Source: Negaprion brevirostris (lineage: Eukaryota). From it: a stretch of 62,764 nucleotides of DNA. A model generated the notes under the pieces. That model searched no databases and was not told the DNA's origin. It saw only the letters and a list, made by a program, of their open reading frames with translations. The DNA is taken from positions 35,675,575-35,738,338 of the forward strand of contig JARDVH010000031.1 of the NCBI GenBank assembly GCA_030324005.1, read 5' to 3'. Both the position numbers and the translations under genes were made by a program. Position 1 is the first letter of the stretch. The number at the start of each line of letters is the position of its first letter. This document shows positions 39,176 to 51,818 of this stretch, one piece after another.

Positions 39176-39822
39176 GGGTGGCACAGTGGTTAGCACTGCT
39201 GCCTCACAGCGCCAGGGGCCTGGGTTCGATGCCAGCTTGGGTCATTGTCTGTGGAGCTTGTACATTCTCCTCATGTCTACGTGTGTTTCCTCTGGGTGCT
39301 CTGGTTTCCTCCCACAGTTCAAAGATGTGCAGGTTAGGTGGATTGGCCATGCTACGTTGCCCCTTAGTGTCAGGAGGACTAGTTTGGGTAAATGCATGGA
39401 GTTTTAGGAATAGGGCCTGAGTGGGACTGTAGTAGGTGCAGACTCATAAGAACATAAGAAATAGGAGCAGGAGTAGGCCATGTAGCCCTTCGAGCCTGCC
39501 CCGCCATTCAGTAAGGTCATGGCTGATCCGTCGTGGCTCAGTTCCACACTCCCGCCCTCTCCCCATAACCCTTAATCCCCTCGCCTGTCAAAANNNNNNN
39601 NNNNNNNNNNNNNNNNNNNNNNNNNNNNNNNNNNNNNNNNNNNNNNNNNNNNNNNNNNNNNNNNNNNNNNNNNNNNNNNNNNNNNNNNNNNNNATTTTAC
39701 CAACAACAGACGTTAAACTAACCGGCCTATAATTCCCTGCCTTTTGCCTGCCACCCTTCTTAAACAACAGGCCGATGGGCCAAATGGCTTCCTCCTGCAC
39801 TGTTGGATTCTGTGATTCTATG
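39176..39822 (+). mobile_element. HE1-type SINE interrupted by a CR1
   Basis: Head and core 39176-39445; tail resumes CGATGGGCCAAATGG at ~39772. Confidence 0.85.
39446..39770 (-). mobile_element. young CR1 insertion (gapped)
   Basis: CATAAGAACATAAGAAATAGGAGCAGGAGTAGGCC tail; LFKKGGRQKAGNYRPVSLTSVVGK. Confidence 0.85.
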
Positions 39823-41449
39823 GATTTTATCTGACCTGCTGTGAGCGGGGTGGCATGGCAGGGGTGATGGTCAGGCAGGGAGCAAATAGGTAATGGTCAT
39901 AGGAGCAGGAAAATTCACACCTTTGGAGGTGAAGGCGAGGGACTAGGGAATGAGGTGGGACAAAAGAGTTTTGAGTCAGAGGGGAGGTGAAACCTGGAGG
40001 AGGAATGGGAGCATATCTTAGACAGAATGAAACAGAAGGGGATGAGAGGGGATTCAGTTTTGGAGAACGAGAGTCAAACTCAGAAGGCTGAAGCATGGGG
40101 AGATGTGGTTCGTGAGAAGAGGAGGGTGACCCCAAGGGAGTGGATGATTCGAGGATCTCAGGAAGATAACAGAAGCCGGGAGTAGGTTGCAGGCCTTGGT
40201 AGGTGGTTGCGGGAAAGGCCTACGACTTCAAAGAATGAGCGTGATTCAGAGGCCCCGTGGGGAAGGTGAGTGTGTGATTGGGTTGAGTATGCGGTGTGAT
40301 GGTGGTGATCTTGGATGGGCTTATTGAGTTGAGAAGGTATGTGTGAAGGCAGTTGCCTCCTGAAACTGCCATGTCTCTGCTTGGATGCATCTGCTGAATT
40401 CCGCAACTTTTGGAAAACCTGGCCCAAAACAGTTGTAATCAAAAAGATGAAAGGCTCTCAATCTCATTATTATACTTCAATTACCAATTTACCACCTTTG
40501 AGCAGGATGGTCAACTGCTCAACTCTCCCTCTGAGTGAAAGCTGTGTTTGGGCAGGTGGAATTTGATTTTGGCTTGGGAATATCATTTCTAAGATGTTGC
40601 CTAGACCCTCATTGAATCCAAACCTGCCTTTTGTGGTTACATTTCACCTCATAGGATCATAAAACAACGGAACAGGAGCCCATTCAGCACATTGAGACTG
40701 CACCTCACTTTCATTGAACAATCCAGTTTGTTATATTATTCATAAAGGGCTAAGAATTGATTGTTATGTTTATATATATATTGGAATGGCACACTTGCTG
40801 TCTCACTACAGTCATCTGCTGATTAACCACACATCAGTTAACCAGCTATATGGAGAGCAGCAAGAAGTATACTCAATGAGACTCTAGCATTTTGAATCTA
40901 AAGTGTGATAATTTCTAACTTATGGGAACCAGATGACCATGGTGGCAGTGGATGTCTGTGGTAAAACCCCAAACATTTTAAATGAATTTAGTGTGGTTGA
41001 AAAATCAACCCAAATTAGTGCCCGAGAGAGAGAAAAAGGTGAATTGTGCTAAAATGCAACGATCACTGTGACAACCATAGCCCCTGATGAATTTGAAGGC
41101 TAATGATGTTGTAGTAGCATTTGAGAAGTTTAAACCAAAGTGCTAATTATAAATTTGGTAGCTTTCTGAAGGGCACAAGTGAAGAGGGAAAGGCTAGCTA
41201 CATCTTTTTGTGGGGAGGGAAGGATTGAATGGATTGAATTGTTTAGTAGTGGGGAGTGAGTGAAGGCAACAACAAAACTTCAGATGAATTTTTGAAAAAT
41301 TCAGTACACATCTCCAGCCAAGTCAAATAATAAGACCTGTCAATATTGCTGGANNNNNNNNNNNNNNNNNNNNNNNNNNNNNNNAAAACTTTACCTTTAC
41401 TGTCTTTTTATTTTCAAACTGATCTTTTTCTGCTGAACAAAGTAATTTA

Positions 41450-44400
41450 AGATGGCTGCTACAAGTCACCTGATCACTGGGTTGACTGTTTATCTGGGAG
41501 CTGTCCCCAAAAGTGTCATGGATGAAGAGATTAATTTCTCAATTTCTGGAATGTCACACATATTATGCTTAAAGAGCTACTAACAGACTCACATTACAAC
41601 TGGACTGTTCAGTCCAAACTCAGATGTAACTATAAAGGTATCATTAACATTGGATAAGTCAACCTTCTGAACAGTCAGTGGGTCTGCTGAAACAATGGCT
41701 TCCCAAACTCCAGACCAGCAACATAGATGGCATCCCTTTCAACAACTAATGACTGGGAAATTATTGGTCCTAAAACCAAAGCCAGTTCCAGATGCTGAAT
41801 GAACATCGTATTTGAAGTCACTGTGAGAATGAAGTCATGGAGAAGTAAGGTCACATACCCCAAACCTCTGGCATATAGGGCAATTTAATATTACTGGGGT
41901 GATTTTTGTGAAATAATTCTAAAGGCGCAATCATATCAAAAAGATTCTAAGTCCTGAATGAGTGTGAAAATGGGAGGAATTCAAGATTTTTTTTGGGTGA
42001 CTTAAAAATTGAATCTTACCTGATTAGTCAAGAAAAATCCTGCCAAACTTGGAATCTGCCAGGAGGGGGGGTTGGCCTAAATCACTTGAAGGCCAGCTGC
42101 ACATCTTTTCCCAATGATTCCTGAAGAAAGAAGAAAATAAATGAGTTATAAGAGACAGACCAGCAGGGCCGATGAGAAGTAAAAGAAACCAGAACTTTGT
42201 TGCCCTGGAAGGGGGTGATGAGTTTGAAGGCACAATAGGCAGTGTACAACTGCATGAAATATCGGGATGTGATAGTTTGTAGAGAAAGGAAATACACACA
42301 ACCATGCAGACCAGCAAGAGTGTGAGAAACATGCCCACAATCATCAATCTGAAGCTGAAACACAGAGTAACATCACCTTGCTCAGATTGTACCACCAAAA
42401 AAATCTTTCCTGAAAATGTGAAAGATAAACAGATACCCAAGGAAAGGCACTGTGAAACTGAGCAATTTCATGTCAATGATATGCTCGGGTTGTCGACAAC
42501 TGGAAAAAACACAAATCGGAGGAATGCACAGTGGAGAAGCTATTAACTGCGTGTTCTACATCACTGAAACAGATGGTCCTGCTTCCCTGGGGTTAAGTAG
42601 TTGTGAAGAGTTGCAGTTTATTTGAATAAACCATGAGATGAAGGAGACAACACTGAAGGCAGTACATCCATTGAAACTTGCCCTCCAAACAGAAGCAAGA
42701 AAAACCTTGTACAAATGTTCACAGAATATTTTGATGAAATGGTTGGATGCTTCAAAGAATTTGAGTAATACCAAAAAAATTCCAAGTGCCGAATTTTTGT
42801 GAAAACTGGGGTAAATCACATTGTTTTTTTCAGGGGGAGTTCTAAAATGAACTTCCCACACTCTGTGCACTGCAGAGTTCATTAGTGTGAATTGTTCNNN
42901 NNNNNNNNNNNNNNNNNNNNNNNNNNNNNNNNNNNNNNNNNNNNNNNNNNNNNNNNNNNNNNNNNNNNNNNNNNNNNNNNNNNNNNNNNNNNNNNNNNNN
43001 NNNNNNNNNNNNNNNNNNNNNNNNNNNNNNNNNNNNNNNNNNNNNNNNNNNNNNNNNNNNNNNNNNNNNNNNNNNNNNNNNNNNNNNNNNNNNNNNNNNN
43101 NNNNNNNNNNNNNNNNNNNNNNNNNNNNNNNNNNNNNNNNNNNNNNNNNNNNNNNNNNNNNNNNNNNNNNNNNNNNNNNNNNNNNNNNNNNNNNNNNNNN
43201 NNNNNNNNNNNNNNNNNNNNNNNNNNNNNNNNNNNNNNNNNNNNNNNNNNNNNNNNNNNNNNNNNNNNNNNNNNNNNNNNNNNNNNNNNNNNNNNNNNNN
43301 NNNNNNNNNNNNNNNNNNNNNNNNNNNNNNNNNNNNNNNNNNNNNNNNNNNNNNNNNNNNNNNNNNNNNNNNNNNNNNNNNNNNNNNNNNNNNNNNNNNN
43401 NNNNNNNNNNNNNNNNNNNNNNNNNNNNNNNNNNNNNNNNNNNNNNNNNNNNNNNNNNNNNNNNNNNNNNNNNNNNNNNNNNNNNNNNNNNNNNNNNNNN
43501 NNNNNNNNNNNNNNNNNNNNNNNNNNNNNNNNNNNNNNNNNNNNNNNNNNNNNNNNNNNNNNNNNNNNNNNNNNNNNNNNNNNNNNNNNNNNNNNNNNNN
43601 NNNNNNNNNNNNNNNNNNNNNNNNNNNNNNNNNNNNNNNNNNNNNNNNNNNNNNNNNNNNNNNNNNNNNNNNNNNNNNNNAGCTCTGCACCTATTTCCAG
43701 CACGGAGCTGAAGGCTACGGAAATCCGGTACGAGGAGATGAGCTCAGGGCCGGATGCGTTGCATGGATTGCACTAATCCGACCCTACTGAAATCTCCCAT
43801 TCTGCTGCGCTAGTTTTTTAGTGCAACGGGATGGGAAAATTGCCTCCCCCCACGTCATTATTGATCCAAACTTGAAACACGTGCTTCATTTCTCGTGTAA
43901 TAAAAGGACTATATGAAAGAGAGCGCCAATAGATGGAAGGAAAGAAAATGATGGCTGGAGTCACAAAGCAAGCAGATTGTACACAAGCCTACAGCTTGAT
44001 GCCAGAAATGGCTACTGCAATGTAAAGCTTGACAAGGAACCTTTGCTGCTGACAAAATTCAATATGCTCACTGGCCGGTCAAAATTCCTATGTCTCCCTT
44101 ATGGCCTTAAAATGAGCCAGGATATGTTCTGAAAGAAAGTCGTTGAGACATCCCAAGGATGCAAAGGAACATTCAGCATAGCTGATAGTATTTCAATGAN
44201 NNNNNNNNNTACCATCCATATGAAGCTTTGAAGAGAACCGGGAAAGCTGGAATCAAGCTAAACACAAACAAATGCATTGAGAAGTTGGCAGAATGCCAGT
44301 AGATCCATCAATTCAAGCCAAGTCTGAAAGTCACAGCCATCTCTGAGATGGCAGCTTCAAAGACAAGGAAAAGCTGAGAAATTTCCTTGGTTTGATCCAG

Positions 44401-44760
44401 TACATGAGCTCTTTCGTACTTTACATATCAGAACACACAGCAAATCTACAAGAGCTAATGAGGATGTAAACTCAAAAAGATGGTATGCAAGCAGACAAGC
44501 CTGCCATACATCAGCAGAAAGAAACCTGTCACTTTGCAAATAGATGCTTCAACAAATGGACTGGGAGAATCTCTATTACATGGAAACCAGAAATATTTGC
44601 ACCTAAAGCTCTTAACATCAACAGAGATTGGATATGCTAACATAGAAAGAGACTATTTAACAGTCATGTAAGGATCTGAGAAATTCCATACATATCTCAA
44701 TTGGAGAGGGTTTATTGTGGTGAGTAATCATCTGGAACAGATCTACAGGAAACACCTGTG
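41450..44760 (+). mobile_element. decayed Gypsy/Ty3 gag-pol
   Basis: RT LDARNGYCNVKLDKEPLLLTKFNMLTGRSKFLCLPYGLKMSQDMF..FSIADSI (~43995-44192); RNase H KPVTLQIDASTNGLG..YANIERDYL..EKFHTY (~44520-44697); ETDGPASLGLSSCEELQFI protease-adjacent motif. Confidence 0.85.
42772..43850. mobile_element. MITE inserted in the Gypsy element (mostly gap)
   Basis: Left end matches 18283-18420; right end GGGAAAATTGCCTCC matches 53963-53978. Confidence 0.6.
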
Positions 44761-44897
44761 TAGAGTTCCAAAAAGACTGCAGACTCAAGCTTGCTCAATC
44801 CCTGCCTGAGCTGTTGAAAGGACAAACTATAAGCGCCCAACGTGGGGGTGTGGGGGGGGACCCACTGAGGTGAGGGTGAGGAGATCGCGGTGACCGC

Positions 44898-45067
44898 CAT
44901 GTTGGTATGGGTAAGATAGGCAGCAGGAGAATGAGGCTTTGAGGCAAGGGAGAGGCAGTGGCAGAGAGCACCACGTTGGCATGGGTAAAGCAGGCAGCAG
45001 AAGAGTGAGGCTGTGGGGCAAGGGAGAAGCAGCCCCAGCAAGAACCGGATGGGCGTAGGTAAGACAG
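44898..45067 (+). repeat. ~74 bp tandem repeat, ~2.3 copies
   Basis: GTTGG(T/C)ATGGGTAA..AGGCAGCAG..TGAGGCT..GGCAAGGGAGA repeated. Confidence 0.7.
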
Positions 45068-45107
45068 GAACCTTTTGAAGGTGACCGACTGAATTTGTAT
45101 CCATCAA

Positions 45108-46000
45108 AAACAACTTATGTTCATATAGCATTTTTAACAGAATAAAAATCCCATGGCGCTTCACAGGAACATTATAAAACAAAGTAAGCCAGGTTACAGC
45201 ATGAGATATGGATCTGATGATGTGAAACTTGGTCAAAGAGGTAAATTTTAAATAGTGTCTTAGAGGAGGAAAGCATGTTAGGAACGTGGAAGGTTGTAGG
45301 GAGAGTATTTCAGAACTTGGGCCCTAGGCTATTAAAGGCTCACCCACCAATGGTGGAGCAATTAAAATTGAGGATGTGCAGGGGACAGAATTAGAGGAGC
45401 CCAGATATCTCAATGGGTTATGGGGTAGAGGAGATCACAGTGAAAGGAAGGGACATAGCTATGGAGGTATTTGCAAACAAAGATGAGAATTTTTAAATTA
45501 AAATGCTGTGTAACCAGAAACCAATGTAGGATAGCAAGTGGGACATTCTGTGAGATAAAAATGGGCAGCAGAGCTTTGGCTGACCTCCAATTTACGGATG
45601 ATGGCAATTGGGAAACCAAACAGGAGACTATTGGAATTGATGAGTCCAGAAAATGAGGACTTAGGTGATCCAAAACAACGGCAAAGTCAGACAATGTTAT
45701 AGAGGTCAGAATATCAGATCTTAGTGGTGGTATGAATGTGGAATTGGTAGGTTATCTCAGAATAACATAAGACACTAAAAGTTGTGAACAGACTGGATTA
45801 ATCTCAGACTGTTGCTAGAGAGAAGGATGGAATCAGTAGCTAGGGAACGGAGATTAGAGTGGAGACTGAAACAATGGCTCCAGTCATCTCAGTATTGAAT
45901 TGGAGGAAATGTTTGCTTATCAAGTTCTGGATGTTGGTTAAGCAGTCTGATAATGTAGCAATATTGGAGGAGTCAACAGAGTTGATGGTATGGTATAACA
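45108..46000 (-). mobile_element. L2 LINE 3' region
   Basis: LSDCLTNIQNLISKHFLQFNTEMT; LHWFLVTQHFNLKILIFVCKYLH; typical L2 tail. Confidence 0.8.
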
Positions 46001-46279
46001 TACATGTGAGAACTAGCACTGATTCCACCAGGGTTAACATGTAAACATGCAATCAGAGCTTATTGGGGACACCAGAGCTAATGACACAGGAACAGCAGGG
46101 GAATCCATTGCAAGTGATTCAACTGATTGGCTGGCTACAATTAGATAAAGAGAGAGAACCATTTACAACATTGGCTATCACCATGAGGCACTGCATTCTA
46201 AATCCAGCTGCTCATTGCGTTAAACAGGTTTTTCTCATGCTGCCTCTAGATAGTGTGACATGAACGCAAGATCTTGGTT

Positions 46280-46648
46280 GAGGCTTTTCTGTCATTATCT
46301 TCTATCACTATTTGTAACTCTCACAACTTGCCTGGGCTTGCAAAATCTCACTAACTGTCCTGGCTGGAGACAATACACACCTCTAACTTTTGCTTAACCC
46401 TCTCTCCACTCGCACTGTCTATACCTTTAAGACTTGATTACCTGTAAAGACTCACATTCCAACCATTATCTTGTAATTTGAGTTTGTGTCTGTGTATGCC
46501 CTGTTTGTGAACACAAGACCTCACTCATCTGTTGAAGGAGCAGCACTCTGAAAGCTTACGCTGCCAAATAAACCTATTGGACTTTAAGAAGTCTCACAAC
46601 ACTAGGTTACTGTGCTTGCTCCAGTCCAATCCAGCATCTCCACATCAT
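46280..46648 (+). mobile_element. Penelope-like 3' terminal repeat (family A) with degenerate hammerhead at 46524-46560
   Basis: CTCAT-CTGTTGA-A-GGAG..CTCT-GAAAGCTT, then CCAAATAAACCTATTGGACTTT..CCAGTCCAA..CTCCACATCAT. Confidence 0.85.
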
Positions 46649-47010
46649 TGACTATTCAGCCAGTTTAAACTCCTTATAAAACTGCATTATTGCGATATTT
46701 CTTTTGCATTGAATAGTTCAGTTAAGATAGCCCATAAGTTTACAGCATTGTCACATTCACAGCTCCTCCTTGCTTTTAACCTCCACCCACTCATACCGTA
46801 CTCTATTTTGAAATTGTAACTGTTTAAGTGCAGAACTGAATGCACTTTTCCATACTAAAAGTCATTTGTCAATCGTAGGCCACACTTCACAATCTATCCA
46901 AATCCTGTTGCAAACTACTTACTTGCTCAAAATTCTGGTCTGTAATTCAGAATTTAGTAACATTTTCATTGTTTTTCTTTTTATTTTACAATTAAAATCT
47001 GCGCAAGCCA

Positions 47011-49235
47011 GGGCTGGAGTTTTATGACCCCAACATGAACGGACGTTCTTGTGGGCAGGAAGGGAAAATTTGCAGAGCCCATCGCCGAAATCTTAACAAA
47101 AAGTGGCGCATGTTGGTTCCAGAGCAAAAAACAAAGTAATTCCCGTCAATGGTGTTGGCACGATTTTGGGCCAAATCTCATGCCTCATTACTGAAAATTT
47201 TCATGCCCACAAGATTTATGCCTCATGTTGCACCTGTGGCACATTCCCTCTCATTCGCTCATCTCACAACAACTTAACCACGGCAGTCACTGGAGAGCTC
47301 CACATAATTGATTCCCTAACACTCGACAGCACTTGTTTCAGAATGACTGCAGGGAATGACAGCAAGAAGTCCGCACCTCGCTTTTCAGAGAGAGCCCTTG
47401 ATGGCCCAGTTGGGCCCTGTCTATTGCCTGGAGATCTTTGGCCTCCTTCTCTGTGTGGTCACTGTCCCTGCCTGCCTTGACATCCTCCTCATCTGAATAC
47501 ATGCGACATTCCTCCAGCACATTCTCACCTGGGCCCTGTTCCTCTAGGTCATTTGGTCTCCCCTCTGCAGTGCTGAATTGTGGAGAGCACAGCAGACTGT
47601 AGTGATGCTGCAAACCCTCTGAGGGTTGTATTGCAGGACACTCCAAACGGTCCAGGCACCAGAACTGCGCCTTCAGCAGGTTAATCGCTTGATCAACTAG
47701 TGCATGCATAGAAATGTGAGCCTTGTTGTAACAAGATTTTGCAGGTATTTGTGGCCTCCACACTGGTATCATCAGGCACCTTCTGAGCAGCTTGTTGGCA
47801 CAGTGGCTAGCACTGCTGTTTCACAGCGCCAGGGACCTGGATTCAATTACAACCTTGGATCACTGTCTGTGTGGTGTTTGCACATTCTCCCTTTGTCCGC
47901 ATGGGTTTCCTCTGGGTGCTCTGGTTTCCTCCCACAGTCCAAACTTGCATAGTTTAGGTGGATTGGCCATGCTAAATTGTCCCTTAGTGTTCCAAGATGT
48001 GTAGATTAGGGGGACCAGTGGAGTAAATATGTGGGGTTACAGAGATAGGGCCTGGGCAAGATGCTCTGCCAGACTCGATTGACCTCCTTCTTGCACAGCG
48101 GCTCACATCAGCATTATCTGTGCAATGTTGCAGCCTTACTGAGAGCTCAATGTTTGGGACATTTGCTTGCAAAGGGTTAAAAGATGGCTCCCACTAAATG
48201 GCTGTGCTGTTTGGCGGCACAACATTTATTGACATAACCATTAGTGAGAGGAGGCTGGGGTGGCTGTTCAGCCATGTATCTTCCTCTTGTGGCAGATGAG
48301 AAATAGCTAAATCGTGAGGCCAGCGATTAGCATGTCCAGCACATTCCTACACGGCCCTGTTTCTCTCAGGTCACAAGAGCTGCAGAGGTGAGCAGCTTTC
48401 CATGACCCATTGAGATGTACCATTACACACAAGCACCCCTGACAACTGGTTTGGGACTGCCAGGCAGCTTCTCCCCTTTGTCCTCACATGGCTGCCTGTG
48501 TGTGGGTCCCAATCACCCACAGTCATCCTCCCCCTGAGTGTAACAGACAAACAAGCCGCATGAGGGCGATGCAGCCTATTCCTGAATCCCCCATTTTGCT
48601 CTGACAACTCAATCTCTTATGGGACCCCCACCTGGATAACTCTCAGTCACCCCCAATGCTGAGCCAAGCCCCCTCACCCTCTTGCCAGCCCCCGTTAAGA
48701 AAGGGCACTCCCTCAGCTGTGATATGCACTTCCTGCTTACCAGCCTTCACAACCCTTTTAAAGTAAGGGATGCCCCAACATGAAGGGAAAGCAAGGATTG
48801 CAAATGACCCTTCTTGAACCGTCTCCCCAATATGGCAATTCTGGAAACCTAGCTTCCCCAAGTTGCACTTATGTGTGTCCCCCAAGTGCTCTCTGATGCC
48901 CCCTGAGCGCTGAATGCCTTGAAGGGTGCTGGACGCCTGAGCACAACTCCAAAATCCCCTCGGAGGTGAAGGTGACAGGTTAATGCTTATGTTGAGCTGT
49001 TGTAAGTATCAGGTGAGGGGGGGAAGTCCTCGAGAGACTGTTGCTAGTTACATGCTAATGTATTAAAATGAGGATCCTGGCATCCCGAGCTGGTTTCACG
49101 CTACCCCACAGCAAGGGGGCTGGAAAACCAGAACTTGTTAACTCGTTGACACAATTCGCATTTTCTGAGTCTCCAGATTTTGAGCACATGCCGCCATTCC
49201 CGCGGATAGAGATCGCAGGCTCAAAATCACCTCCA
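47011..49235. mobile_element. internally deleted Harbinger transposon
   Basis: Minus 47400-47772 HARBI1-like IPVWRPQIPAKSCYNKAH..VDQAINLLKAQFWCLDR; plus 47343-47405 Myb-like N-terminus KKSAPRFSERALD; outer boundaries approximate. Confidence 0.7.
47794..48095 (+). mobile_element. HE1-type SINE
   Basis: tRNA head, V core, tail. Confidence 0.9.
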
Positions 49236-50011
49236 TTAACTTTTAATGGTTCTCCAAATTTTCTTGCCCTGATCACAGTGATATCTTTCAGTGTTGGAGT
49301 GGGAAACTCCCACCTTAGAATTCTATCAAACTGAAAGAAGCCTTACACTGTTTTCACAATGTTTGGTCTTCACTGTACAGCCTAGGTAACATACAATGAT
49401 TGTAAGACAGCTTACCTTTCGATAGTATGTTTTAAAGAATCTTGAATCAGATTATATTGTCTTTACCACGTGAAAATATCTATAAGCCGTTCTCAAATTG
49501 GCTGACTCAATGATCACAATTAGCTTCATGTGAGGCTTGTGGAACTCTTTTATACCAAGAGACTTGTTCTTGTTGCCTTGTTTTATTTTACCTTATTGCT
49601 ATTCTTAACTTGGACACAATTTTACAACATCTGGGAATTTGGAAATCCTCAGCAAAAAGGCATTGAATCCTTCATCTGTTTATTTCCACTCGAACCGAGT
49701 TTGTGTCTGGTATGCTTTCCAGCTGCTGTATAGTTTAAACACTGGCGTTAACAGTGGCCCAGCAAAGTTAACAGATTCAAATTCACCGATCAGAAGGGTT
49801 CAGCAAAAGTTCTGCAAATTCCAAATTTGATGGATTTAGCTCAGTACGAGAATTCACCGTGCAACAATCCTGTCTGCAGTTACTTACATAATCTACAGCA
49901 AAATTCACAGAAACAGTGTTCACCCACAACCATATTCTTTCTGCCAATAACTTAAGCTTCATAGTTTGTTTTAAAATTTATTTAATAAGATTTTGTTTGT
50001 AGAATATGCAA

Positions 50012-50346
50012 GCCACAGTGGCACAGTGGTTAGCACTGCTGCTCCACAGAGCCAAGGAACTGGGTTCAATTCTGGTCTCGGGTCACTGTCTGTGTAGAGT
50101 TTACACATTCTCCCTGTGGCTGCGTGGGTTTCCTCCAGGTGCTCCGGTTTCCTCCCACAGTCCAAAGGCGTGTGGGTTAGGTTGATTGGCCATGCTAAAA
50201 TTTCTCCTTAGTGTCCTGGGATGTGTAGATTAGCAGGTAAAATATTTTGGGATATGGGGGTAGGACCTGGTTGGCATTGTGGTTGGTACAGACTCGATGG
50301 GCCAAATGGCCTCTTTCTGCACTGTAGTGTTTCCTTGATTCCATGA
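50012..50346 (+). mobile_element. HE1-type SINE, near full length
   Basis: GTGGCACAGTGGTTAGCACTG, GGTTCAATTC, V core, CR1-type tail. Confidence 0.9.
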
Positions 50347-50349
50347 AAC

Positions 50350-50870
50350 GGACAAGGAATAAACCCAGCAAAGACAGGCCAGTCAGCATTACATTGATGG
50401 TGGGGGAATTTTTTGGGCACATTAATCTGGAACGAATACATGTTAATAAATCAAAGCCAGCGTAGATTTTAGAAAGCAAGCTGGGTTGGATGAACTTGTT
50501 TGCGTTCTTTAAAGAAGTAAGTGATTTGTTGAGGACGGTGAGGTTGATATTGTATACGTGGGCTGCTTCAAAAGGTATTTGATTACATAACAGATACTTC
50601 TGAAAGATTAAAGGCCCAATGGAATCAATGACACCGCAACAACATGCACACAGGTTTGGCTAAAGGATAGAAAGCAGAGTAGAGTAGCGGTGAGCAACTG
50701 TTTTCCAGAATGGGGAAATGTGTGCACTGATGTTCCCAGAGATAGATGTCGGAACCATTGCTCTTTTTGATAGGTATTAACTGCCCGGATTTGGCGATAA
50801 AGAACATAATTTCAACATTTTAAAGATGAAACAAAGAGTGCAGAGCACTATAAGAAGCTTCAGGAAGACA
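50350..50870 (+). mobile_element. old CR1 RT fragment
   Basis: GGCCAGTCAGCATTACATTGATGGTGGGG (RPVSITLMVG), AAAGCAGAGAGTAG-like block, GTTCCCAG..GGAACCATTGCTCTTT. Confidence 0.6.
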
Positions 50871-51192
50871 GAGGGCTGTATATACGGGGCAGAACATGCG
50901 TTGCTTCAGCAGAAGCAACTCAGCATATCCCTAGTTTCTGCTTTCTCTAATTTCAGTGGCAAAATGTTCAGCATCTTGAGCTTAATTTGTTGCATTTAGT
51001 GAGTGTTATTCCTTCGATCAACCAAATGTTTATTTAAATTTCAGACAACCCTCTGAAAATCCCGCAATGAAATGGGCAGAAATATTGACAGTTAATTTTT
51101 GCCAAGCAGAATGCACAATTTAAAAGATTACTAAGAAATTAACATCAGTGTCTCTTTCGTCTTGTTCAAGAAAGGTGTGGAAGGGATCTGAA

Positions 51193-51818
51193 ATCAAGAA
51201 GGCAGTTCACCATCACCTCTGCAGGGCAGCGAGGGATGGGCAATAAATATTGGCCTAGCCAGAAATGCCCACATGCCATGAATAAATGAAAAAAGAACTC
51301 TATATTTGAGTGGGTAAACCCAATTCATGATATTAGTCTTCTGAACTGTGGAAGCTCCAATCTTGAGAGTCACTCTCACTGACTCTCAGAGACCCACTGC
51401 CACTTCATGCTTGAAGTGCTATAATCCATGTGGTGTAGGCATGTCCACCAAGCTGTTAGGGAGGTAGTTCCAGGATTTTGATCAAGTGACAGTGAAGGAA
51501 CCATGATATATTTCCAAATGAGGATGATCATTGACTTGGAGGAGAACATCCAGCTGGTGGTGTTCCCAGGTATCTGCTGCCCTTGTCCTTCTAGATGGCA
51601 GCAGTCATAGGTTTGGAAGGTGGTGCCGAAGGAGTTGTGGTGAGCATTTACATTGCATCTTTGTAGAAGGTACACAAGGTTGCCATAGTGCATTGGTGGT
51701 GGAGGGAGTGAATGTTTATGGAAGGGGACCCCAATCAAGTGGGATGCGTTGTCCAGAATGGTGTTGAGCATTGCTGGAGCTGCATTCATCCAGGCCAGTG
51801 GAGAGTACGCCATCACAC
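51193..51818 (-). mobile_element. L2/CR1-group LINE 3' end with its tail inverted
   Basis: Body on minus 51410-51818 (MAYSPLAWMNAAP); tail on plus 51194-51295. Confidence 0.8.

Noticed and set aside
39830-40340. Possible Penelope N-terminal remnant on the minus strand
   Set aside because: Purine-rich and too decayed to read diagnostic motifs with confidence
42842-43776. Long ORFs of 270-294 aa (likewise at 28134-28772, 30709-31023 and 54971-55741)
   Set aside because: They are open only because they read through N gaps
50012-50085. tRNA gene (also other A/B-box heads)
   Set aside because: Continues into a V-SINE core and LINE tail; it is a SINE head, not a tRNA gene
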